Assembly: GCA_036374535.1 (NCBI GenBank)
Contig: DASUTR010000670.1
Location: 1 to 33,657 of the forward strand
Direction of reading: 5' to 3'
DNA: 33,657 nt
From: Polyangiaceae bacterium
GTDB taxonomy: Bacteria > Myxococcota_A > Polyangia > Polyangiales > Polyangiaceae
Position 1 is the first letter of the stretch; the number at the start of each line of letters is the position of its first letter. The position numbers and the translations under genes are program-made. The notes under the pieces were generated by a model. That model ran no database searches, was not told where the DNA came from, and saw only the letters and a list, made by a program, of their open reading frames with translations. Shown here piece after piece: positions 1 to 8,096 of the stretch.

Positions 1-921
1 CGAGAGCGCATGTTTGGTCGAGAGTCCGACGGGGCCGCGGCGAAGCCCCTTGTCGAAGCCTGCCCGCTCGATGAGCCAGCCGGCTGCGAGCTTCACGCGC
101 CCGTCGGACTGCGGGTAGCGAGGCATGGTGCCTGCCCCCGCAAGCTCCTCGATGCGCTTCGCGGCTTCGGGCGAGACGACGGGGTTCGTGAAGAAGGAGC
201 CGCAGCTTCGTCCGTTCTCGTCGCTCGTGTCGTAGAGCATCGATTTGCGCGCGCGCAGGAGCAACACGGCGCTCCGCACGTCCGCGAGCGTGGGCCGTTC
301 TACGCCGCTGCCTTCGAGGTGTCGCGCGAGCTCGGCGTACCGCACGCTCGGCGCGGCGCCCTGCCGCAGGCGAAAATGCACGGCGAGCACGACGAAGCGC
401 TCGGCGTCGTCCGACTTGAAGCGGCTGTCGCGGTACGCGAAGCGGCACTCCGCGGTTCGAAGCGTCACGGGCTCGAGCGTCTCGCGATCGAGCACGTCCA
501 CGCGCTCGATCGTCTCGGCGACTTCCTGCCCGTACGCTCCGACGTTCTGGATCGGTGTCGACCCAGCCCAGCCCGGGATCCCGCTCAGACACTCGAGTCC
601 CTGAAGCCCCCGCTCGACACACGCGGCGACCACGTCGTCCCACGCCTCGCCCGCGCTCACCGCGACCTCCACGTGCTCGCCCGCTTGCCGGAACGCAAGT
701 CCGCGCAACGCCGGCCGCAGCACGAGCCCCTCGAATCCCCCGTCGGAAATAACGACGTTGCTGCCGCCGCCGAGGACGCGTACCCGAAGGCCGCGCTCCG
801 CCGCCCAAACGAGCGCCGCCCGTACGCTCGCCACGTCTTCCGCATCGACGAAGAACCGCGCGGGCCCGCCCACGCCGAGCGTCGTCAGGGGCGCGAGGGC
901 GATCGACTCGCGAATGCTCAC
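1..921 (-). CDS. murB: UDP-N-acetylenolpyruvoylglucosamine reductase (3' end runs off the window)
   Basis: Not in the ORF track because there is no stop in the window. Manual translation from GTG at 921 gives MSIRESIALAPLTTLGVGGPARFFVDAEDV...VLGGGSNVVISDGGFEGLVL, and near the edge VKLAAGWLIERAGFDKGLRRGPVGLSTKHAL. These are the MurB N-terminal TxGxGG, GGGSN and C-terminal SxKHAL motifs. Confidence 0.95.
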   Translation of the reverse strand, partial: MSIRESIALAPLTTLGVGGPARFFVDAEDVASVRAALVWAAERGLRVRVLGGGSNVVISDGGFEGLVLRPALRGLAFRQAGEHVEVAVSAGEAWDDVVAACVERGLQGLECLSGIPGWAGSTPIQNVGAYGQEVAETIERVDVLDRETLEPVTLRTAECRFAYRDSRFKSDDAERFVVLAVHFRLRQGAAPSVRYAELARHLEGSGVERPTLADVRSAVLLLRARKSMLYDTSDENGRSCGSFFTNPVVSPEAAKRIEELAGAGTMPRYPQSDGRVKLAAGWLIERAGFDKGLRRGPVGLSTKHALS

Positions 922-1211
922 GGAGCGCGCCTGCGTCCCTTCGGGCCGAGCCCGACGAGACCGGGCCGCGCCGCCTGGGGCCGCGCTGGCTGCGGCTCTT
1001 CGCCGCCGCGCACCGTGGCGATCGCTTCGGCGAGCGCGGAACGCTTTTCGTGGAGGGTCGAATGGGAGTTGATGATCACGAGCCACTTACCGCGCACGCG
1101 GCAGAGCCCGCTGCCGGTACCCGGCGCTCCTTTGAGCACTCGGCTCCGTACCTCGATGCCCAGGCGCTCTGCCAGTCGCTCGAGACTTTCGAGCTCGCGC
1201 CGATCGTCCAC
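918..1211 (-). CDS. Small hypothetical protein resembling the ImmA/IrrE N-terminal fold but without HExxH
   Basis: 97-aa ORF with LAERLGIEVR..GSGLCRVRGKWLVIINSHSTLHEKRSALAEAI. Its TGA overlaps the murB GTG (GTGA), indicating translational coupling. Confidence 0.75.
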   Translation of the reverse strand: MDDRRELESLERLAERLGIEVRSRVLKGAPGTGSGLCRVRGKWLVIINSHSTLHEKRSALAEAIATVRGGEEPQPARPQAARPGLVGLGPKGRRRAP

Positions 1212-1217
1212 GGCGTG

Positions 1218-1226
1218 AGCCTAACA
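1218..1226 (-). promoter_or_regulatory. Putative extended -10 (TGtTAGGCT) 6 nt before the GTG start; leaderless transcript candidate
   Basis: Minus strand reads ggTGtTAGGCTcacgccGTG, with no Shine-Dalgarno sequence. Confidence 0.4.
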
Positions 1227-1406
1227 CCAGCCCGCCAGCCGGTCGGCCGCTCGAGGGTTCGAGCGCTTCATTTGCGAGGCCCGCGGGTCGTGGTATCGAT
1301 TCGGCCGCGAGAGGCGCACCGCCGGCGGCGGGAGCGATGGACGCTCCCCCGGGGACGCCTCAGGCAGCGGGAACCATGTTCCCGCCCAGGGAAGGTCGAA
1401 AAACAG

Positions 1407-3164
1407 ATGACGTTTACGGAAGCGGCGGCGCAGGTCCTGCGCCTCGTCGGAAAACCCTTACATTACAAAGAGATAACGGACGTCGCCATCGAGCGTAACC
1501 TGCTCAGTCACGTCGGCAAGAGCCCGGAGGTGACGATGGGCGCGCGGCTCGCCGCGCTCGTGAAGAAGGGGGATCGCGACAATCCGCTCGTTCGCGTCAA
1601 GCCCGGGGTGTTCGCCCTCCGCGAATGGGATCCCGCGACGATCGAGAAGGGTCTCGAGGATCGAACGCCGGCTCTCGAGCGCCTCGCGGCGCAGCATCCG
1701 GGCGAGCCCGAAGATGTCGTCGAGACGGCGAGCTCGCATGCCGCGTCGAACGGCGATGCCGACGGCGACGACGAACCCATTCTCCTCGACGACGCCGAGC
1801 GCGAGCGCGCCGAGCTCGCGGCGCACGCCAACGATCTCTTCGAATCGGAAGAGGACGACGACGAGCCGATCTTCGGCGCTCCCGCGCAGGAAGCTGCCGG
1901 GCAAGTGAGCCCGGAAGGCGGCGATCGGGGGCTCGACGGCCGGCGGCGGCGCCGACGACGACGCGGACGCGGGCGCGGCGGCGAGGAGCGGAGCGGTGAC
2001 GGCCTGCGCGGCGACGGACTGCCGTCCTACACGGTGTCGGACGCTCCGCTCGACGGGCTAGACGCAGCGGCCCAGCCCGCCGCCGTCGAGGGTGCGCTCG
2101 AAGCGCGACGCCCGCCGGAACGCGAGCGCGGTGAGCGCGGCGGCGAGCGCGGCGGTGAGCGCGGTGAGCGCAGTGAGCGCAGTGAGCGCGGCGGCGAACG
2201 CGGTGAGCGCGGCGGCGAACGCGGTGAGCGCGGCGGCGAGCGCGGTGAACGCGACCGCGGCGGCGAGCGCGGTGAGCGCGGCGGCGAGCGCGGTGAGCGC
2301 GGCGGTGAACGCGACCGCAATTGGGATCGGGGCGGCGAGCGCGACCGCGTCGAAGCCGCGGCGGGTGCGGACGATTTTTCGGTGCGTGGCCTTGCCGACG
2401 GCTTGGCGGCGCTGCTCGGGACCTTCGATCGCAATCGGGGCCCCGTCGCGCATCAAACGCTCGTCGACGCGGCACAGCGCCGAGGGCGCTTCTTCGGCGA
2501 ACAGGCGGTGGGGCAGGGGCTCCTCGCCGCAGCAGCGCGCGCCGACAACGTGCGCGCCCTCGCTCGGGGTGAGCGCCCGCGCTTCCGCGTTTCGAACGGT
2601 CGCATCGGTCTCACCGAGTGGGCGCTCGACCCGGAGCTCGTGCGCATCGAGCGCGAGATCAGGGAGCTTTCGGATCGCTACCGCGACGCGGCGCGCCGAG
2701 CGGTGCTCCGGCTGCTCCAAGAGCTGCCGCAGCGTGCGCTCGGCGAGGTCGTGATGCTCGTGCTCGAGCACGTCGGCTTCAGCGAGCTCGTTCCGCTGCG
2801 CCGGCCCGGCGTCCACGGCGCCGAGCTCCACGTGGCGGGCAAGCTCCGCACGCCGGCCGGCGAGATCCGTACGGCCGTCGTGATGCGGCGCGACGGGCGC
2901 GAGATCGGGCGGGAGCGCGTGACGGAGCTCCGAGGAGCACTCCACCATTACGGCCCGGCGCACGCCGGGTGGTTGCTGACGACGGGACAGGTCCTGAGCG
3001 GCGCGCGCGAGGAAGCCGCGTCGCCGGGCGCGGCACCGGTCACGGTCATCGACGGGCTCGGTATCGTCCGGCTTTGCGAGGAGCACGGCGTCGGCGTCGT
3101 GCGCACGCAGGTCTCGCTCATGATGCCGGACCTCGATCTCCTGGATGCTCTCCGCGGCGCTTGA
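1407..3164 (+). CDS. HARE-HTH protein with acidic and Arg/Gly/Glu low-complexity linker, a probable second degenerate winged HTH, and a C-terminal Mrr-like restriction-endonuclease fold with a degenerate active site
   Basis: N-terminus MTFTEAAAQVLRLVGKPLHYKEITDVAIERNLL..GKSPEVTM..FALREW matches the HARE-HTH pattern. C-terminus IGRERVTELRGAL..GWLLTTG..AREEA..VTVIDG..LCEEHGVGV matches the Mrr_cat pattern. Start moved to ATG 1407, where the domain begins. Confidence 0.85.
   Translation: MTFTEAAAQVLRLVGKPLHYKEITDVAIERNLLSHVGKSPEVTMGARLAALVKKGDRDNPLVRVKPGVFALREWDPATIEKGLEDRTPALERLAAQHPGEPEDVVETASSHAASNGDADGDDEPILLDDAERERAELAAHANDLFESEEDDDEPIFGAPAQEAAGQVSPEGGDRGLDGRRRRRRRRGRGRGGEERSGDGLRGDGLPSYTVSDAPLDGLDAAAQPAAVEGALEARRPPERERGERGGERGGERGERSERSERGGERGERGGERGERGGERGERDRGGERGERGGERGERGGERDRNWDRGGERDRVEAAAGADDFSVRGLADGLAALLGTFDRNRGPVAHQTLVDAAQRRGRFFGEQAVGQGLLAAAARADNVRALARGERPRFRVSNGRIGLTEWALDPELVRIEREIRELSDRYRDAARRAVLRLLQELPQRALGEVVMLVLEHVGFSELVPLRRPGVHGAELHVAGKLRTPAGEIRTAVVMRRDGREIGRERVTELRGALHHYGPAHAGWLLTTGQVLSGAREEAASPGAAPVTVIDGLGIVRLCEEHGVGVVRTQVSLMMPDLDLLDALRGA
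2118..2348 (+). repeat. Intragenic degenerate tandem repeat (9- and 21-bp units) encoding ERG/ERS/ERGGERG
   Basis: Repeated gagcgcggt, gagcgcagt and gagcgcggcggcgaacgcggt units visible directly. Confidence 0.9.
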
Positions 3165-4047
3165 GCTCGGCCGGCGTGCGGCGTGGGCGGCGCTCGGCGC
3201 CGCCTGCGCGCTCGGTTGCGGCCGCCCGCCGCCGTCGCAGTTTCCGGACGCGCGCTCGGCGCTCGACCGCCTGCACGCGACCACGGCGTGTGCGCGCGGC
3301 GTGAGCGCCGAGTCGAAGCTCGACTACATCGGCTCGTCCGGGCGCATTCGCGCGGACGTTCTCTACGTCACGGCGGCGCCCGACCGCGTCCGATTCGACG
3401 TCGTGAGTCCGTTCGGCGCGATGCTCTCGACGCTGGCGACGAACGGGCGAAACTTCACGTTCTCGAACCTGCGCGAGCGACAGTTCATCCACGGCCCCGC
3501 GAACGCCTGTAACCTCGCGCGGTTCACGCGCGTTCCGCTCGCGCCCCACGCGCTGCTCGACCTCTTGCGCGGGGACGCTCCCGTGCTCGTGCATCGGCCC
3601 GAGCAGGCGAGCATCGCCTGGAAAGGCTCGCGTTATCTCATCGACATCGAGAGCACGCGGGGCGCGCGGCAGAAGCTCGAGCTCGAGCCGCTTCCCGACG
3701 ATTTCGAACGGCCGTGGCGCGAGCAGCGCGTGCGCGTCCTCGGCGTGAGCGTCGAGCAGCTCGGCGTGCCCCTCTATGCCATCGAGCTCGACGATCACGC
3801 GCCCGTCCGGACCGCGCCCCCGAGGGTCGATCCCGACGGTCTCGAGCCTCCCATCCCACCGAGCGGACCCGAGTGCAGCGTGCACCTCGCGCGGAGGATC
3901 CACATCGAGGTCCCCTCGGGCGACCACGATCTCGTCCTTGCGCTGAAGAGCGCCGTGCTGAACCCGCCGCTCGTTTCGGCCGTCTTCGCCCCCGAGCGGC
4001 CGCGGGGCCTGCGCGATCTGTACTCGCCCTGCGAGCAGGCTTGGTAA
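3145..4047 (+). CDS. Lipoprotein, probable LolA/LolB-like (DUF4292-type) fold
   Basis: Signal peptide with lipobox ALGC, followed by the beta-rich PDRVRFDVVSPFGAMLSTLATNG and LLDLLRG segments typical of LolB/DUF4292-like proteins. Overlaps the upstream stop by 20 nt. Confidence 0.65.
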   Translation: MLSAALELGRRAAWAALGAACALGCGRPPPSQFPDARSALDRLHATTACARGVSAESKLDYIGSSGRIRADVLYVTAAPDRVRFDVVSPFGAMLSTLATNGRNFTFSNLRERQFIHGPANACNLARFTRVPLAPHALLDLLRGDAPVLVHRPEQASIAWKGSRYLIDIESTRGARQKLELEPLPDDFERPWREQRVRVLGVSVEQLGVPLYAIELDDHAPVRTAPPRVDPDGLEPPIPPSGPECSVHLARRIHIEVPSGDHDLVLALKSAVLNPPLVSAVFAPERPRGLRDLYSPCEQAW

Positions 4048-4065
4048 GCTCGCGCGCGCTCGCCC

Positions 4066-5202
4066 ATGGCGCGACGACTGCGAAAAAGTCACGACCGCTC
4101 GGGTGACGGCGCCAAGGCGCGCGACGCCGCGAGCCGTCACGCACACGAGGCACGTCTCGGACCGGTTTCGGCGCACGCGCGCTCGTCGCCGACGCGTTCG
4201 CGTCCGGAGAACTTCCGCCCGTCTCGAAACCGCGCGAGGGCTGCAGGCGTCGCGAGCCTCCTCCGGCTTCCCATCCACGACGATCCCGAAGAAATTCCGA
4301 GCGTCGACGTGCTCCTCACGGGGGTTCCGTTCGACGGTGGAAGTTCCTTCCGTCCCGGCGCGCGCTTCGGCCCCCGCGCGGTGCGCGAGGCGTCCGCGCT
4401 CTCGAACTCGTTTTCCGCTGCGCTCGGGGTCGACGTCGCGGAGGAGATTGCCGCAGCGGACGGCGGCGATTTGGAGCTCGGTATCTCCTCCGTGGAAGCG
4501 GCGGTCGAGGCGGTGGCCGACCACGCCCGCCGCGTCGCGAGCTTGGGCGTCATTCCCGCCTTCGTCGGCGGCGATCGCACGCTCACCCTCGGTGCCCTGC
4601 GCGGTCTCCGGCGCGCGAAGCACAAGGCGCTCGGCATTTTGGCGGTCGGAGCTCATCCCGGTGCGTCGAGCGCCGACGGCGAGGAGATCCGTGCTTCGAA
4701 TTTCCTGAGGCACGCGGTCTCCGAGGGACTCGTGCGCACCGATTGCGCCGTGCAGGTGGGGCTTCGAGGTCCGTACCCGAACGCCGACGAGTTCGCGCTC
4801 GCGGCCGCCAAGGGAATGGAAGTCATCGGCGTCGACGAGGTGCGCTGGGACCTGCACGCCGTCGTGAGCCAGGTGCGCCGGCTCGTCCAGCGGGGAGCGC
4901 TCTACGTCTCCGTGGACCTTTCGGCGCTCGACCCCGCGTTCGCTCCGGGCGTGAGCTTCCCCGCGCCCGGAGGAATGAGCACCTGGGAGCTCCAGCAGGT
5001 GCTGCGCGCCCTCGTCGGGAGCGAGATTCTGGGCTTCGACGTCGTCGGGCTCGCGCCGCCGTACGACCACGCCGGCACGAGCGCGCTCGCCGCCGTCGGA
5101 GCGCTCCACGAGCTCCTCGCGGCGCTCGCCGACACCCGCCGCAGCGCGCGTCCCGCGCCGAGCACTCATCGCTCGGGGCGCGCCGGGCGCCGCTCGCCCT
5201 AG
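4066..5202 (+). CDS. Ureohydrolase (agmatinase/arginase family) homologue, predicted catalytically inactive
   Basis: GVPFDGGSSFRPGARFGPRAVREAS, QVGLRG and LDPAFAPGVSFPAPGG are family signatures. The metal-ligand motifs read GGDRT, GAHPG, DLSALD and DVVG. Confidence 0.85.
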   Translation: MARRLRKSHDRSGDGAKARDAASRHAHEARLGPVSAHARSSPTRSRPENFRPSRNRARAAGVASLLRLPIHDDPEEIPSVDVLLTGVPFDGGSSFRPGARFGPRAVREASALSNSFSAALGVDVAEEIAAADGGDLELGISSVEAAVEAVADHARRVASLGVIPAFVGGDRTLTLGALRGLRRAKHKALGILAVGAHPGASSADGEEIRASNFLRHAVSEGLVRTDCAVQVGLRGPYPNADEFALAAAKGMEVIGVDEVRWDLHAVVSQVRRLVQRGALYVSVDLSALDPAFAPGVSFPAPGGMSTWELQQVLRALVGSEILGFDVVGLAPPYDHAGTSALAAVGALHELLAALADTRRSARPAPSTHRSGRAGRRSP

Positions 5203-5987
5203 CGGGACGCGCCGTGTCCGCCGAGCGCCGCCAGGATGGCGCCCGGGCGGTCGCTGATGATCGCGTCCACGCCGAGTTCGGCGAGCCGCCGCGCTTCGGT
5301 GCCGTCGTTGACGGTCCAGACGTTCACGACGGACGCCCCCCGCTTCCAGCGCGCGAGCGATGCGGCCGTGACGAGCGACCACTCCGGATGCACGCCGTCG
5401 CTGCCGAGCAGCCGGAAGAACGGCGCGTTTCTGACGACGCGCTGGCGGGCGTGAACGAGCCAGGCGCGCGGGTACGCGGGCATTCGCCGCGCGAGGGCCG
5501 CGACGAACCCCGGGCGGAAGCTCGAAAAAATCACGAGCTCGGGCGGCGCGCCGCTCTCCGCGACGGCGCGTTCGACGCCCGCGAGCAAGAGCGCCGGGCG
5601 GCGCACGTCGCGCTTGAGCTCGACGTTCACGCGCGCTCCTCGCTCGCGAAAAACGCGCAACACCTCGACGAGCAGCGGGACGCGCTCGCCGCCGCCGAGG
5701 TCCACGCGGCCGAGCTCCTCCGCGCCGAGCTCCTCGGCGAGACGCGTCTCCTCGCCGCGCGAAACCCGCGCGAGGTCGACGTCGTGCAGCACGACGATTC
5801 GACCGTCGCCGTCGAGCCGCACGTCGAGCTCGACGCCGTCGGCGCCCTCGTCGAGCGCGAGCTCGAAGGCGCGCAGGCTGTTCTCCGGAGCCGATTCGCG
5901 CGCGCCGCGGTGTCCGAGCACCAACGGCCGCCGCCCGGGCGCGCGACTCCATGCCGCGAGGCGCGCCTCTCGGCCCGCGTTCACCAC
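5199..5987 (-). CDS. Glycerophosphodiester phosphodiesterase (GDPD family)
   Basis: GHRG, PENSLRAF, GADGVELDV, VLHD, NVELK, VWTVND and GVDAIISD motifs. Confidence 0.92.
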   Translation of the reverse strand: MVNAGREARLAAWSRAPGRRPLVLGHRGARESAPENSLRAFELALDEGADGVELDVRLDGDGRIVVLHDVDLARVSRGEETRLAEELGAEELGRVDLGGGERVPLLVEVLRVFRERGARVNVELKRDVRRPALLLAGVERAVAESGAPPELVIFSSFRPGFVAALARRMPAYPRAWLVHARQRVVRNAPFFRLLGSDGVHPEWSLVTAASLARWKRGASVVNVWTVNDGTEARRLAELGVDAIISDRPGAILAALGGHGASR

Positions 5988-5990
5988 GGC

Positions 5991-6965
5991 TCAGGCCCCG
6001 GCGAGCTCTTCGGCGATCTCGCGCGCCACCGTGCGGGCACGCTCGAGCTCGGCGGTCCCGAAGGCGATGCCTCCGACCACCGGGTGACCGCCGCCGCCGT
6101 AGCGCGCGCAGATCGAGCTGATGTCGGCGTCGAGCGAACGCCCCGACCAGGGATTGTACCCGACCGAGATCTTCGGCCCGCTCTTCAAGAGCCCGACGAT
6201 CACGGAATAGACCGAGTTCGGGTAAAGCGCGTACGTCACGAACTTCCCGACGCTCTCGAGCACCTCGGCCGTGAGATCGACGAAGACGACGCGACCTTGG
6301 AGCAAGCTGCTCTGGCGGACGCGCTCGACGAAGCGATCGTGCTTCTTTCCGAGGGGGCGATAGCGCTGGACGATTTCGGGCGACCTCGCGACGTCACCGA
6401 GCGAGCGCTTCGAGAGCTCGGGCACGAAGCGCTGGAGGAATGCGTCGTCGCCGTAGTGTTCGACGACGCTCACGAGCCGCATCACCGGATCCGAACGATC
6501 GACGGCCTCCGCGGCGCTCTCGAAGCGCGCGGCGTCGATGCGATCGGCCCAGGCTACGAGCTCGTCGAGATCGGGGCTCTCGACGCCGAAGCGTTCGCGC
6601 GACACTTCGGCGATGAGCTTCGTGCACGACGAGCAGGCGGCGTCGAAGAAGAACCGGCCGGTGTCACGTCGCGCTTCGAAGTGGGCGCGGTCGGCGTCGG
6701 AGGCGAACGCCGTACGGTGATGGTCGAAGTACCACGTGAGGTTTTCGCTCGGGTGGTACCGGTAGTCGAGAATGGCGTTCTCGGTGCCGGTGAGAAGCTG
6801 GTCGTCGGCGCGCTGCTGGCCGTTGCCGTAGCCGCACGCTCGGTACGTCGCCTCGAGCGGCGCGCCACCCTGTTTCCGCCCTAGGCTCTCCGCGAGTCGG
6901 GTGAAGAGCACCGCGCTCGCAAGGCCATCGAAGCAGTGGCCGTGACTGGCCACTACGAGTTTCAT
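5991..6965 (-). CDS. DHH/DHHA1 phosphoesterase (NrnA/NrnB-like oligoribonuclease family)
   Basis: HGHCFDG motif I, ILDY motif II, FDHH motif III and C-terminal GGGHP. Confidence 0.88.
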   Translation of the reverse strand: MKLVVASHGHCFDGLASAVLFTRLAESLGRKQGGAPLEATYRACGYGNGQQRADDQLLTGTENAILDYRYHPSENLTWYFDHHRTAFASDADRAHFEARRDTGRFFFDAACSSCTKLIAEVSRERFGVESPDLDELVAWADRIDAARFESAAEAVDRSDPVMRLVSVVEHYGDDAFLQRFVPELSKRSLGDVARSPEIVQRYRPLGKKHDRFVERVRQSSLLQGRVVFVDLTAEVLESVGKFVTYALYPNSVYSVIVGLLKSGPKISVGYNPWSGRSLDADISSICARYGGGGHPVVGGIAFGTAELERARTVAREIAEELAGA

Positions 6966-6972
6966 GTCGGGA

Positions 6973-7001
6973 AACGTACCACAATGTAGGCGGCTTCTGA
7001 A
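6973..7001 (-). promoter_or_regulatory. Sigma70-type promoter TTCAGA-N17-TACGTT with extended -10 TG, 7 nt upstream of the ATG (leaderless candidate)
   Basis: Minus strand reads TTCAGAagccgcctacattgTGgTACGTTtcccgacATG. Confidence 0.5.
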
Positions 7002-7060
7002 GTTTTACCCACACGTTCGAGCAACTGCGGGCGGGAGCCGACCGATTGGCTCGGGATTCC

Positions 7061-7981
7061 GTGACCGCATCCCCCCGTATTTTATCGGGTTCCGCGCTCC
7101 CCCACCGCCTGGCGGACCTCGCCGAACCCCCCGAGACCCTTTACGTGCGGGGCGAGCTGCCGCGAGGACCCTGCGTCGCCATCGTCGGAACGCGGTATCC
7201 GACCCGCGAGGGCGTGCGCTTTGCGAGACTGCTCGCTCGCACCCTGACGCGAGCCGGCGTCACCATCCTCTCGGGCGGAGCGAAAGGGATCGACGCGGCC
7301 GCTCACCTCGGCGCGCTCCGGGGCCGCGGACCGACGGTCGTCGTGGCGCCGGCGGGGTTCGCTGCGCCTTATCCGGCGCAAAACGCCGAGCTCTTTCAAA
7401 GGGTCCTCGCGGAGGGCGGCGCTTACGTTTCGCTCGTCACCGACGCGACGAAGGCGACACAGTCCGCGTTCTTTCCGAGAAACGCCTGTCTCGCAGCGCT
7501 CGCTCACGTGCTCGTCGTCGTCGAAGCCGGCGCACGAAGCGGGACGTCGAACGCGGCACGTTGGGCGCGCGAGCTCGGGCGGCCTCTGCTCGTCGTTCCC
7601 CACGCTCCCTGGGAGCCGAAGGGCGCAGGGTGCATCACCGAGCTCCGCCGCGGCGCCGCGATCTGTACGGGGCCCCGGGACGTGCTGCGCGAGCTCGATC
7701 GCCTGCTGCTCCGCCCGCTGCCTCGGGACGGGTCCCCCGTACAACCGCAACTGCCGTTCGACGCCAACTCGGGCCCACCGGGCGAGCTCGGGCGCGTACG
7801 GGCGGCCATCGCGGCTGGGGCTCATTATGTCGACCAGATTTCCGAGATAACCGGCCTGTCGGCCGCCGTGGTTCAGCGCCAAGTCTTGACGCTGACGCTC
7901 TCCGGCGTGTTAGCTCCCGACCCGGCGGGGCGGCTGGCCCTCGTTCCAACGTTGGATCCGCCGGCTCGTTCAAATTCGTAA
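7061..7981 (+). CDS. dprA: DNA processing protein DprA/Smf
   Basis: LYVRG, VAIVGTR, ILSGGAKGIDAAAH, FFPRN and VVVEAGARSG motifs, a C-terminal winged-helix-like segment, and canonical position upstream of topA. Start uncertain (GTG 7061 or TTG 7046). Confidence 0.93.
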   Translation: MTASPRILSGSALPHRLADLAEPPETLYVRGELPRGPCVAIVGTRYPTREGVRFARLLARTLTRAGVTILSGGAKGIDAAAHLGALRGRGPTVVVAPAGFAAPYPAQNAELFQRVLAEGGAYVSLVTDATKATQSAFFPRNACLAALAHVLVVVEAGARSGTSNAARWARELGRPLLVVPHAPWEPKGAGCITELRRGAAICTGPRDVLRELDRLLLRPLPRDGSPVQPQLPFDANSGPPGELGRVRAAIAAGAHYVDQISEITGLSAAVVQRQVLTLTLSGVLAPDPAGRLALVPTLDPPARSNS

Positions 7982-8096
7982 ACGACTGAATTCATTGAAT
8001 AAGAAGCGGAGACTCTCCCGACCGCCTCTTGCGCAATCGTAAACAGGCCCGAAACTAGGCTCCCTCGCCATCACCTGGCAGAACCCTCCGAGCACC

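Noticed and set aside
10-1218. 402-aa plus-strand ORF
   Set aside because: Antisense shadow of murB and the 97-aa gene; no recognisable motifs.
1050-1406. N-terminal 119-aa extension of the 704-aa ORF
   Set aside because: Overlaps the divergent gene and its promoter region; the HARE-HTH domain starts at ATG 1407.
2118-2348. Repeat tract considered as a CRISPR array
   Set aside because: No unique spacers, units are codon-phased inside a CDS, and there are no cas genes.
3118-6884. 944-aa minus and 713-aa plus ORFs
   Set aside because: Arg/Ala-rich shadow frames over well-supported genes, expected in high-GC DNA.
7979-8000. IHF-like AT-rich motif (TAAACGACTGAATTCATTGAAT) before topA
   Set aside because: Two mismatches to the IHF consensus in each register; too weak to call.
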